Positions 17,680 through 26,880 are shown, numbered from the stretch's first letter. The stretch: 32,000 nucleotides of DNA from Dubosiella newyorkensis (GCF_001945605.1 NZ_MPKA01000059.1:1-32000); one strand, 5' to 3'. Numbers and translations: made by a program. Notes: generated by a model from the sequence alone, not told the origin.

Positions 17680-18810
17680 ATGAATAAAGAAAATGCGATC
17701 GAAGTTCGGAATATGTATAAACACTTTACCGTTGAATATGATAAAGCCAATACGTTAAAAGAACGTTTGATCTTTTGGAAAAGAGGAAACAAAGATGTCA
17801 AAGAAGTTTTGAAGGATATTAGTCTTGATATTAAAAAGGGCGAAACTGTGGCTTTGATTGGTACGAATGGAAGTGGAAAATCGACTTTATTAAAGTTAAT
17901 GACCAAGATCATTTATCCAAATAAAGGGACTTTAGAAACGGATGGGAAATTGACTTCGCTTTTAGAGCTTGGGGCGGGTTTTCATCCTGATTTTACGGGA
18001 CGAGAGAATATTTACTTCAACGCTTCCATCTTTGGCTTGACGCATCAAGAAATCGATAAAAGAATCAATGATATTATCGAGTTTTCTGAATTGGGTGAGA
18101 ATATCGACAATCCAATTAGAACGTATTCGTCGGGTATGTATATGCGTTTAGCTTTTTCGGTCGCGATCAATGTGGATGCGGAGATTCTTTTGATCGACGA
18201 GATTCTCGCAGTGGGGGATCAGCATTTTCAGGATAAATGTTTTGCCAAATTAGAAGAATTAAAAAATAGCGATAAAACGATCGTGATCGTTACGCATTCG
18301 CTCGATGTTGTAAAGAAGCTTTGTGATCGAGCAATATGGATCTATAAAGGAGAATTTCGTTTAGATGGAGATCCAACGTATGTCATCGATGAATATTTAA
18401 AGCAAGTTGAACTCGATCATCAATACGATATAAAAACCGCGATTTTAGAAGGTCGCCATAAAATAAAAGGAGTTATCTATATTGATTCTCCTAAAAATTT
18501 CTCAAAATTGTTTAAGGTTGAGGGGAATTTGGCCTTTCATGGATGGTCGATCCATAATGGGTATGATATTCGTTTAAAGATTTTTTTAGATAATGAACCA
18601 GTCGAAAATTACTCGCATAATCCTCGACCGGATGTTTATAATGCGTATGCAGAAGATTATGCCGGTTTTTTAAATAAAGATACTATTGGATGGTCTTTTG
18701 AAATGCCATACTCTGAACTTTCTTTGGGGAAACATATAATAAAAGCACAATTGGTCGATAAAGAATCGAATATTATTGAAGAAAAAGAAAGTGAATTCAC
18801 AATAGAATAG
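17680..18810 (+). CDS. tagH: Polysaccharide/teichoic-acid export ABC transporter ATP-binding protein (TagH/Wzt-like) with an extra C-terminal domain of about 120 aa
   Basis: Walker A GTNGSGKST, signature YSSGMYMRLAF, Walker B ILLIDEIL, then a non-ABC C-terminal domain (residues about 255-376). GAGGTGA Shine-Dalgarno. Confidence 0.9.
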   Translation: MNKENAIEVRNMYKHFTVEYDKANTLKERLIFWKRGNKDVKEVLKDISLDIKKGETVALIGTNGSGKSTLLKLMTKIIYPNKGTLETDGKLTSLLELGAGFHPDFTGRENIYFNASIFGLTHQEIDKRINDIIEFSELGENIDNPIRTYSSGMYMRLAFSVAINVDAEILLIDEILAVGDQHFQDKCFAKLEELKNSDKTIVIVTHSLDVVKKLCDRAIWIYKGEFRLDGDPTYVIDEYLKQVELDHQYDIKTAILEGRHKIKGVIYIDSPKNFSKLFKVEGNLAFHGWSIHNGYDIRLKIFLDNEPVENYSHNPRPDVYNAYAEDYAGFLNKDTIGWSFEMPYSELSLGKHIIKAQLVDKESNIIEEKESEFTIE

Positions 18811-18821
18811 GAGGGAATCTC

Positions 18822-19610
18822 TTGAAATTATTTAAAGATTTGTATCAATATCGTGAATTATTGAAAACAAATATTAAAAAAGATATCCGCGGCCGATATA
18901 AAGGATCTTTTCTAGGGATTCTCTGGTCATTTATCAATCCATTGCTGCAAGTAGTGGTTTACTGGATCGTATTTCCATACTTAATGGGAAGAGCTGCCAT
19001 GGAAGGTGAAAACTATTTGATCTATTTGATTACTGGGCTTATTCCATGGACCTTTTTTATGACTGTAGTTTCTCAAGGAACAGTGTGCATAAAATCGAAT
19101 GCGGGAATTATTAATAAAGTTTATTTTCCAAGAGAAATCCTTCCTATTTCAATGGTGGCGAGTGGTTTGGTCAATTTTTTTATTTCTTGTATCATCATTC
19201 TTGTTTTTTTATTAGGAAGTGGTGTCGGCATTTCTTATCATATCATTTTAGTTCCAGTTATAGCTTGCATTGAAGCTCTTTTGGCTTTAGGTTTGGTTTT
19301 TATTTTAAGTGCTATAAATGTGTATGTGCAGGATGTTGAAAATATCGTTCAATTCCTTTTGAATATGTTGATGTATGGATCTCCGATCATTTATCAACTT
19401 AAACAATTTGACTCGGCTGGATTTTTATATAAATTGATCGAATGGAATCCTATGACGATCTTGATCACGGCTTATCGAGATGTTTTCATGTATCATCGTT
19501 GGGTCAATTGGCAAGATTTAGGGATTGTATTTCTTTTAGCACTCGTGCTAGTCGTTTTAGGTTATGAAGTCTTCAAGAAATTGGAGAAAGGCTTTGCGGA
19601 ACAATTATAG
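18822..19610 (+). CDS. tagG: ABC-2 type polysaccharide export permease (TagG/Wzm-like)
   Basis: Six-TM ABC-2 pattern with the typical N-terminus RELLKTNIKKDIRGRYKGSFLGILWSFINPL. TTG start after AGGAGGGA. Confidence 0.9.
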   Translation: MKLFKDLYQYRELLKTNIKKDIRGRYKGSFLGILWSFINPLLQVVVYWIVFPYLMGRAAMEGENYLIYLITGLIPWTFFMTVVSQGTVCIKSNAGIINKVYFPREILPISMVASGLVNFFISCIIILVFLLGSGVGISYHIILVPVIACIEALLALGLVFILSAINVYVQDVENIVQFLLNMLMYGSPIIYQLKQFDSAGFLYKLIEWNPMTILITAYRDVFMYHRWVNWQDLGIVFLLALVLVVLGYEVFKKLEKGFAEQL

Positions 19611-19624
19611 GCAAGGAGAAGTGG

Positions 19625-22168
19625 ATGAGTAATATTTTTAAATCTTGTATTGATTCTATTGAATATAACGATAATCAATTTGAAAAAAATATCCGTTTAA
19701 CTGGTTGGTGTTTTTTCGATGAAGGAAAGGTGGCAGAACTATCTATCCTTGTGAATAAAGAACCAATCGATTTTGAGATAACATCGATCCATAGACCAGA
19801 TGTATTAGGCTTATATCAATTTCATGATTCTTTTGAAAAAATAGGGTTTGTCATAACTGTACCATTGGAACATATTCAATTTTTAAAAAAGGTTGATGTT
19901 ATTGCGTATTCTAAAAATACATCTGAAACGATTTATAGTTTATCTCATAATCTTCTTCATAAGTATCATAATCGTCAAGTTTTTCATTATTCAATAGATG
20001 ATATTAAAAACAATCATGGGCAAATCGTTGTTTCTGGTTTCGTATATGTTCCTACTTTGGAACATGTAACAATAGAATTGTTGAATAAAGCTGGAAGAAG
20101 CGTTGAATACACATATGTTCCTGTACGACGGAGTGATGTCGTTGAACTTTATCAATTAGATTCGAACGATAAACTCATCGGCTTTCAGGTGATATTTACT
20201 TCTGTAGATCCAAAAGAAGCGTACTCTTTAAAATTTATTTATCAAAATGATGAATTAATTATTCCGATCATAGAGAGTAAAAGTGTCTTCTCTCTTGCAA
20301 AATCTTATATTAGGGCAGCCAATCCTAAACGTATTCAAAACGCATTCAATTATTTAACCAGAGAGGGATTTGATCGGTTTCTTGAGCGATTGAAAAAAGG
20401 GCCATCTCAATTAAGTGATCCAAATGGACCATTATCTTATGATGAATACCATGAATGGTTCAATACAATGGCACCTACTTCTAAAGTACTTGAATCCCAA
20501 AAAAAATATCATTTTGAGTTTGCGCCAAAAATCAGTCTGATTGTAGCTACTTATAATACGGATCCGAGCTTTTTGAAAGCTATGATTGATTCTGTCATTA
20601 ACCAAACGTATTCTAATTGGGAATTATGCATAGCGGATGGAAGTTCAAATAATCAAGTAGAAGAGTATTTTCGTTCTCATTATGATGATCAAAGAATCAA
20701 GTTTAAACGTTTACATTCCAATTTAGGAATTGCAGGAAATATGAATGCGGCTTTGGAACTATGCACTGGAGAATATATTGCATTTTTTGACCATGATGAT
20801 TTATTGACACCGGATGCTCTTTTTGAAAATGTTAAAGTCCTTCAAAATAAAAATGTGAAATTTGTGTATTCAGATGAAGATAAATTAATTAGCGAAATCG
20901 GAATTTACAAAGATCCAAGGTTTAAACCAGATTTCAATCTAACGCTTCTTAGAACGCAGAATTATATTTGTCATTTTTTAGTTGTTTCTAAATCATTGAT
21001 ATCGAGAATTGGAGCATTTAAGTCAGAGTATGATGGGGCTCAAGATTATGATTTTGTTTTGAGAGCTAGCGAAGTTCTAAAACCGGAAGAGATCTATCAT
21101 ATCCCAAAAATTCTATATCATTGGAGAATGCATCAAGCTTCTACAGCGGCTAATCCTGAAAGTAAACTATATGCTTTTACGGCGGGAAAAAGGGCTCTTG
21201 AAGATCATTTGATGCGCTTGAGATTACAAGCAACGGTTGAAATGGGTAAATCACTAGGAATCTATAATGTCCATTATGAGATTGTAGGAAATCCACTAGT
21301 TTCTATTATTATTCCTAATAAAGATCATATTGATGATTTGGACCGTGCAATCGAATCGATTCAGGAAAAATCTTCTTATAGAAATTTTGAAATGATCATT
21401 GTGGAAAACAATAGTACGGATGAGTCCACTTTTGATTATTATAAAGAAATCGAAAATAAATACCCAAATGTAAAAGTTGTTTATTGGAAAGATGAGTTTA
21501 ATTATTCTGCGATCAATAATTTTGGATTTGAGTTTTCTAAAGGAGATTATATTCTTCTTTTAAATAACGATACAGAAATGATCGAGCCAAATAGTTTGAA
21601 AAGTATGCTTGGTTATTGTCAGCTAGATGAAGTTGGAGCTGTTGGCGCTAAACTTTTATATCCTGATGATACGATTCAACATGCTGGAGTGATCATGGGA
21701 TTAGGCGGAATCGCAAATCATGCTTTTGTTAATTTGAATCGCGAAAATGGGGGCTATTTCAATATGGCTTTTACTGCTAGCGAAGTTAGTGCTGTAACAG
21801 CGGCGTGCATGATGATAAAACGAAGTGTTTTTGAAGAAGTTGGAAAGCTGGATACAGACTTTAAAGTCGCATTTAATGATATTGATCTCTGCATGAAAAT
21901 AAGAAAGAAGAATTATTCGATTATTTTTGATCCTCATGCTTTATTTTATCATTTTGAATCAAAGTCAAGAGGTTTAGAAGATACACCTGAAAAAATTGAA
22001 CGTTTCAATGGAGAGATTGAACGATTTGAAACAAAATGGAAAGATATTTTAAAAAATGGAGATCCATATTATAATCCTAATTTTTCTTTACGATATCCGG
22101 GTGGTTATTATTTAAAATCGCCGGATGAGTTTTACGCGAATAGGAAAGAACAAGGTGGGGATCATTGA
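19625..22168 (+). CDS. Three-part glycosyltransferase: N-terminal tandem GW...RPDV modules followed by two GT2 (GT-A) domains
   Basis: First GT2 domain: ISLIVATYNT...INQTYSNWELCIADGSS...FFDHDD. Second GT2 domain: VSIIIPNKD...YRNFEMIIVENNSTD...LLNNDT. Residues 1-215 form two repeats related to the TagH C-terminus. AAGGAG Shine-Dalgarno. Confidence 0.9.
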   Translation: MSNIFKSCIDSIEYNDNQFEKNIRLTGWCFFDEGKVAELSILVNKEPIDFEITSIHRPDVLGLYQFHDSFEKIGFVITVPLEHIQFLKKVDVIAYSKNTSETIYSLSHNLLHKYHNRQVFHYSIDDIKNNHGQIVVSGFVYVPTLEHVTIELLNKAGRSVEYTYVPVRRSDVVELYQLDSNDKLIGFQVIFTSVDPKEAYSLKFIYQNDELIIPIIESKSVFSLAKSYIRAANPKRIQNAFNYLTREGFDRFLERLKKGPSQLSDPNGPLSYDEYHEWFNTMAPTSKVLESQKKYHFEFAPKISLIVATYNTDPSFLKAMIDSVINQTYSNWELCIADGSSNNQVEEYFRSHYDDQRIKFKRLHSNLGIAGNMNAALELCTGEYIAFFDHDDLLTPDALFENVKVLQNKNVKFVYSDEDKLISEIGIYKDPRFKPDFNLTLLRTQNYICHFLVVSKSLISRIGAFKSEYDGAQDYDFVLRASEVLKPEEIYHIPKILYHWRMHQASTAANPESKLYAFTAGKRALEDHLMRLRLQATVEMGKSLGIYNVHYEIVGNPLVSIIIPNKDHIDDLDRAIESIQEKSSYRNFEMIIVENNSTDESTFDYYKEIENKYPNVKVVYWKDEFNYSAINNFGFEFSKGDYILLLNNDTEMIEPNSLKSMLGYCQLDEVGAVGAKLLYPDDTIQHAGVIMGLGGIANHAFVNLNRENGGYFNMAFTASEVSAVTAACMMIKRSVFEEVGKLDTDFKVAFNDIDLCMKIRKKNYSIIFDPHALFYHFESKSRGLEDTPEKIERFNGEIERFETKWKDILKNGDPYYNPNFSLRYPGGYYLKSPDEFYANRKEQGGDH

Positions 22169-23925
22169 TGAATGAAACAACGAAAACTTCTAAGATCTAT
22201 AAAGCTTTAGTCATTGTATTTTCTATTGCTTTAGTCGGTGTGACAGGTTTCTTTTTATATCAATTTTATTCACTACAAGCCCTTCCACCTCAGCTAGTGA
22301 TCCCGATCAGCTGTGCAATCGTTTTGTTTGTACTGATCTTAGTGATTTGCTGGAATCATTTTCAGCATTCGCTTTTTTCAAAGATCTTATTGAGTGTTTT
22401 GAATATTGGTTGTCTCATCATTTTTTCAGTTGGTGATTTATATTTGAATAAAACGCACGATACTTTGACAACGATCACGCATCAAGCAACCAAAGTGACA
22501 AATACGGTTTCTTTATTGGTCAAGGCCGATAGTACATACTCTTCAATTCATGATCTCGCCGACATTCAAGTAGGAAGATTAAAATCAATCGATTCTTTGG
22601 GAACAACTAAGATGTTATCTGATCTAACGAAGCAATATGGTGTCGATACCGAAACGCTTTTACCATTCAAGCTCGTTGATTTTGATAGCGTGGAAAGTGA
22701 AGTAAAAGCTCTTTATGATAATGAAGTGCAAGCAATCATCTTGAATGATCGATATAAAGCGAATGTTGCTGAAATTGAACAATACGCGAACTTCGCGAAT
22801 GAAACTCGTTCTATTTATCAAATCACGTATGTGACCAAAGTGGACAACTCTCCGATCAAAGTACAAGAAATCACAAAGAATCCGTTCAATATCCTCATTT
22901 CCGGAAACGACACTTATGGAGATGTAGGAGAACTTTCTCGTTCGGATGTCAATATGGTTGTTACAGTAAATCCAACGACTAAAACAGTTTTACTAACAAG
23001 TATTCCGCGAGATTCTTATGTAGATGTGTATTGTAATGAACAAGATGCCTGTGCTCTAGGACAAAAAGACAAGATCACACACACAGGAATGTATGGTATC
23101 AACACGACAAAGCAGACTGTCGAAAAATTGCTAGGTATAACGATCAACTATACATTTAGAGCGAACTTTTCTTCCGTCATGGATATTGTGGATGCGATCG
23201 GAGGAATCGACGTAGAAATTCCAGAAGGAATGGCTGTGGAAACATTCTATGCCAACCATACACTTGAAGGTGTCAAAGAAGGAATGAACCATTTAGAAGG
23301 AGAGCGTGCCCTAGCGTTCGCAAGAGAAAGATATGCCTACATTGATGGAGATAATCAACGGGTTCGAAACCAGCAAACGGTTTTGAAAGCGATCATCGCA
23401 AAAGCGACATCTCCTGAAATCATCACGAATTACGCGAGTCTACTCGACGCATTCCAAGGCGCGTTCGATACGACCCTTTCCAAAGATGAAATTACGTCTT
23501 TGATCAAATATCAGATCCAAGAAAATCCGCAATGGAAATTTGAAAGCTACCAATTAACAGGAGAAGGCGATCAATTATTTTCTCCAGAATTAGGATCAAC
23601 CGCGTATGTAACGCTTGTAGATCCTACATCGATCACGATGGCACACGACAAGATCGAAGCGGTCCTGCATGGCAAATCAGCCGATTCAATCACCGAACCA
23701 GTCTCGGATTTTACTTCGAATGAGGGTTATGTTCCTTCTTCTAGCTCAAGCGATGGACTCCAAGAAGATTATTATGATCCATACTCAGGTATTCAAAGTT
23801 ATCCAGATTATACAGAAAACAATACGTATTACGATCCATCGTATTACGATCAGCCTATAGATGAGCCAGTAACCCAACCAGAAGAAGAACCACTCCCAGG
23901 AGGAGAAGAAATGCCTTCTGAATAA
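22168..23925 (+). CDS. LCP family glycopolymer phosphotransferase, paralog 2
   Basis: Same architecture as paralog 1 (TM helices, PBP-like insert, LCP core SDVNMVVTVNPTTKTVLLTSIPRDSY, Tyr-rich acidic tail). ATG 22168 overlaps the glycosyltransferase TGA stop. Confidence 0.9.
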   Translation: MNETTKTSKIYKALVIVFSIALVGVTGFFLYQFYSLQALPPQLVIPISCAIVLFVLILVICWNHFQHSLFSKILLSVLNIGCLIIFSVGDLYLNKTHDTLTTITHQATKVTNTVSLLVKADSTYSSIHDLADIQVGRLKSIDSLGTTKMLSDLTKQYGVDTETLLPFKLVDFDSVESEVKALYDNEVQAIILNDRYKANVAEIEQYANFANETRSIYQITYVTKVDNSPIKVQEITKNPFNILISGNDTYGDVGELSRSDVNMVVTVNPTTKTVLLTSIPRDSYVDVYCNEQDACALGQKDKITHTGMYGINTTKQTVEKLLGITINYTFRANFSSVMDIVDAIGGIDVEIPEGMAVETFYANHTLEGVKEGMNHLEGERALAFARERYAYIDGDNQRVRNQQTVLKAIIAKATSPEIITNYASLLDAFQGAFDTTLSKDEITSLIKYQIQENPQWKFESYQLTGEGDQLFSPELGSTAYVTLVDPTSITMAHDKIEAVLHGKSADSITEPVSDFTSNEGYVPSSSSSDGLQEDYYDPYSGIQSYPDYTENNTYYDPSYYDQPIDEPVTQPEEEPLPGGEEMPSE

Positions 23926-23972
23926 AAAAGTCATGATTTCATTTTCTAGATGAAGTCATGACTTTCTTTTTT
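23926..23972. terminator. Bidirectional terminator (LCP2 / MATE)
   Basis: GTCATGATTTCAT...ATGAAGTCATGAC (13-bp stem, one mismatch), flanked by A- and T-runs. Confidence 0.75.
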
Positions 23973-25380
23973 ATTCTAAGGCAAGTTCTGGTTTGTTTTT
24001 TACTTCGAGTTCTTGACTTTCCTTTTCTTTCTGCAAGATCTTTGAAGCAGGACGCTTTATGAATAAAGCAACGATCAAACTTAAGGCTGCAAGACCTAAT
24101 GAGATAGGAAAGATCATCATGATCGTTTGAAAGCTTGGAAAGTTTGGAAATACAAAGGCTACCCAGCTGATTCGAGATCCACAAATCGACAAACTTGTTA
24201 AAAATGCAGGAAGAAGCGAGATGCCAAAACCACGTAAATAACCAGAAATCACGTCATACGTAAGAGAAAAAGCATAGGCGGGGAAAATGATCATCATTCG
24301 CATATAGCCTAGATTGATTACATCGGGATCGCCATTGAAGATCGAAAGCAAGTTTTTTCCAAAACAAAGAATTAAAACAATGGAAGCAAAAGTGAGCATC
24401 GCGCTTTCTGTTAAACATACTTTAAGTATTTGTTTGCATCGGGCAATTTGATGTGCGCCATAGTTTTGACCCACAAAAGTCGTGCACGCTTGTCCAAAGG
24501 AAGCTAAGACATTGAATGCGAAAATTTCAATATTCATAGCGGCACTGCTGGCTGCCATAACTAAAGTGCCAAGAGAATTTGTCGCTCCTTGAACGATCAC
24601 GTTCGCGATCGAAAAAACTGAACTTTGGATACCAGCAGGGATCCCGATCCTCAAGATCCGAACGAGGACGTATCGATTAAAATCCAAATGTCTTAAATCT
24701 AGATGAATGATTGTTTTTGAACGAATAAGCTTGATCAATAAAATGGTCGAACTCATTGCGTTTGAGACAACTGTCGCGATCGCGACCCCTTCTACATCCA
24801 GCTTAAATCCAATAACAAATACTAAATTCAAGATTACATTCAGAACACCAGAAATAGACAAAACGAATAGAGGAGTTTTCGTATCGCCTGCTCCTCTTAA
24901 GATAGCGGCTTCAAAATTATAAAGCAGGATCACGGGCATTCCGATCAAATAGATACGCAAATAGATGGTCGCCATATTCATGACTTCAGAAGGCACGCTT
25001 AAAGACGCTAATAGGGGATCGACGATCCATTGTCCGCCGATCGCGAGCAATATCCCTCCAGCCAAGGCGATCAAAATAGAAGTTCCGATCGCGCTATGAA
25101 TCGTTCCATTTTGATTCGATCCGATCGCATTGGCGATCACAACATTGCTTCCTAAAGAGATTCCAACAAAGAAGTTGAGCAATAGGGCGACGATTGGAGC
25201 GTTCGCGCCCACAGCGGCCATGGCAGCCGCTCCTCTTTCTTGGGTAAATTGACCGACGATCGCGATATCTGCCGCATTGAACAACTGCTGAAGAATTCCT
25301 GTAAACGCTAAAGGGATCGCAAATAAAAAGACATTTTTCCACAACGATCCATACAACATCGTAGACTTTTGTTGATCCAT
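23971..25380 (-). CDS. MATE family efflux transporter
   Basis: 12-TM protein with the NorM/DinF-type N-terminus LWKNVFLFAIPLAFTGILQQLFNAADIAIVGQF. ATG 25380 lies 10 nt after AAGGAGG. Confidence 0.88.
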   Translation of the reverse strand: MDQQKSTMLYGSLWKNVFLFAIPLAFTGILQQLFNAADIAIVGQFTQERGAAAMAAVGANAPIVALLLNFFVGISLGSNVVIANAIGSNQNGTIHSAIGTSILIALAGGILLAIGGQWIVDPLLASLSVPSEVMNMATIYLRIYLIGMPVILLYNFEAAILRGAGDTKTPLFVLSISGVLNVILNLVFVIGFKLDVEGVAIATVVSNAMSSTILLIKLIRSKTIIHLDLRHLDFNRYVLVRILRIGIPAGIQSSVFSIANVIVQGATNSLGTLVMAASSAAMNIEIFAFNVLASFGQACTTFVGQNYGAHQIARCKQILKVCLTESAMLTFASIVLILCFGKNLLSIFNGDPDVINLGYMRMMIIFPAYAFSLTYDVISGYLRGFGISLLPAFLTSLSICGSRISWVAFVFPNFPSFQTIMMIFPISLGLAALSLIVALFIKRPASKILQKEKESQELEVKNKPELALE

Positions 25381-25490
25381 ACTCAAAAACCCTCCTTAAT
25401 GTAAGTATAAAGGAAATTCAAGACAAAAAAGAACATTTCTCAAAGAATGGAACAGTGTTTCAAAATGCTCGAGTAATAAGAGAAGTGGAT

Positions 25491-26333
25491 CTAAAATTTT
25501 GTTTCAATTTTACAAGTGTCTTCCATGATCGAATTTTCTTTAATAATGTGTCCAATCGAATCAGCTTTGATAAAACCACTTTTTGGATTCTTGACGGATT
25601 TGATGATTCCTTTAATGGTCGCTTCGACTTGAGAGTATTCGAACGCAAGATCGGTATCGATCATTTCGTAGTCGATCAATTTCAAATTCTCGCAATAACA
25701 AAGTGGTTGTGTACCTATGATCTTACAGTTGATCAAGGTGAGGTTTTCAGAAAAATAAGCTAAATATTCACCTTTGATCGTCGAGTCTTTAACAATCACG
25801 TTTTTTGAATGCCAAAATGCGTCCTTTGTGTCTAGTATGGAATTTTCAATCAAGAGGTTTTCCATATATTGGAAGGAATACTTTCCTTTCATTTGAATGT
25901 TTTTTACAAACACATCTTTCGAGTCTAGAAATAGATATTAACTTTCGATCGAAGAGTCGATGAGCTCTATATCTTTTGATTTCCATCCAAACTTTTTCGA
26001 TCGGATTTGGCTATTTTTGATTTGAATATTTTGACATTCACGAATCGCTTTGATATCAAATAGTTTTGTTTGATCGATTTTTCCAAACTTTGAATACCAA
26101 ATTGCCGCTCTTGTTTTCTCATCGAAAGAAGAATCTTTTAAAACAAAAGTATCGACATGGCATAAAGGATAGCGAAGCGAAAAAGAAGAATCGAAGACTT
26201 CAATATTCCTTGATTCCTTCAAGACCGATTCTCCATCTCGTATTCCAGCAAAAAGACAGTGATCAATTGTAACGTTTTTCGAATTATATAGTGCGCGTTC
26301 TTCATCAAATTGTTTAATTTTTATAATTTCCAT
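25491..26333 (-). pseudogene. DUF3737-like beta-helix repeat protein gene interrupted by one in-frame TAA (25938-25940)
   Basis: Track ORFs 25938-26531 and 25491-25913 are in the same frame, separated only by TAA: ...ELIDSSIES*YLFLDSKDVFVKNIQ.... The family N-terminus MEIIKIKQFDEERALY starts at 26333 after an AGAGGAG Shine-Dalgarno. Confidence 0.7.
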
Positions 26334-26531
26334 GTTTTGTCTCCTCTTTGATTTCATAGCACAGTTGGTCAAGTATAGCCAACTTGTCTTGTTGTTTGTG
26401 AACTTCATCAAGCTGTTTTCGTCTAAGTTCGTTAAATATCGATTTGGTTGTCTATGATTTTGGTATTTTTCAATATCTTCATGCGAACATCCGCAATTTT
26501 TTAAACAATCACAGACGTATCTTTGATCCAT
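26314..26531 (-). pseudogene. Small Cys-rich protein gene (CDCLKNCGC N-terminus), apparently frameshifted
   Basis: Frame A gives MDQRYVCDCLKNCGCSHEDIEKYQNHRQ. A second frame, open from about 26451, gives ELRRKQLDEVHKQQDKLAILDQLCYEIKEETKHGNYKN*, which looks like the helical C-terminus expected for such small proteins. The two frames join only through a frameshift near 26432-26451. Confidence 0.35.
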
Positions 26532-26650
26532 TTTTCTTTCCTTCTATAGATGCGATATTCAAGTTATTTCTATATTTCCAATACTGGTTTTCTATAACTA
26601 CTATAGGAATAATGAATAGGATTTTTTATAATGGAAGAGGGGTATTTTTA

Positions 26651-26880
26651 ATGGATATTCGAACAATGCGTTATTTTTTTAGCCGTGGTACCAGAAGAAA
26701 ATATTACGAGAGCTGCTCAAAGGATCCATATCACACAACCTTCGCTTTCTAAGCAAATGAGCGATTTAGAAGCTGAATAAGGAAAAAGCTCTTTGAAAGG
26801 GGGAGCAAAAGAAGACGTTCCAAATAAAGGATACACGGAAATAGAAGGAAATGTACGAGTAAATTCGAATTGGAATTTTT
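26651..26880 (+). pseudogene. LysR-family regulator remnant (N-terminal HTH only, with multiple lesions)
   Basis: Removing one T from the T7 run (26674-26680) restores MDIRTMRYFLAVVPEENITRAAQRIHITQPSLSKQMSDLEAE. A TAA (26778-26780) then sits where Leu is expected, a further frameshift follows, and no effector-binding domain fits before the next gene. Confidence 0.7.

Noticed and set aside
18420-22165. The composition-shifted cassette might be a mobile genetic element or genomic island.
   Set aside because: There is no integrase, transposase, tRNA or att-like repeat at the borders. The left border lies inside a gene. Homologous-recombination exchange is the better explanation.
23971-25380. 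The MATE gene might be the Wzx-type flippase linking the two glycan loci.
   Set aside because: The N-terminal signature and length fit NorM/DinF-type drug efflux MATE proteins. The gene is on the opposite strand, is separated by terminators, and is followed by decayed genes.
25938-25940. Programmed stop-codon read-through or an alternative genetic code at the in-frame TAA. I also considered Mollicutes-style TGA=Trp.
   Set aside because: TAA, TGA and TAG all terminate well-defined genes in this window, for example the TGA stops of nadC and the glycosyltransferase gene, which overlap downstream starts. Neighbouring genes are also decayed, so a plain nonsense mutation or a sequencing error is more parsimonious.
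26444-26752. 102-aa ORF in the track spanning the intergenic region.
   Set aside because: It is a chimera of non-coding sequence and the out-of-frame reading of the LysR remnant. The LysR HTH appears only after correcting the frameshift.
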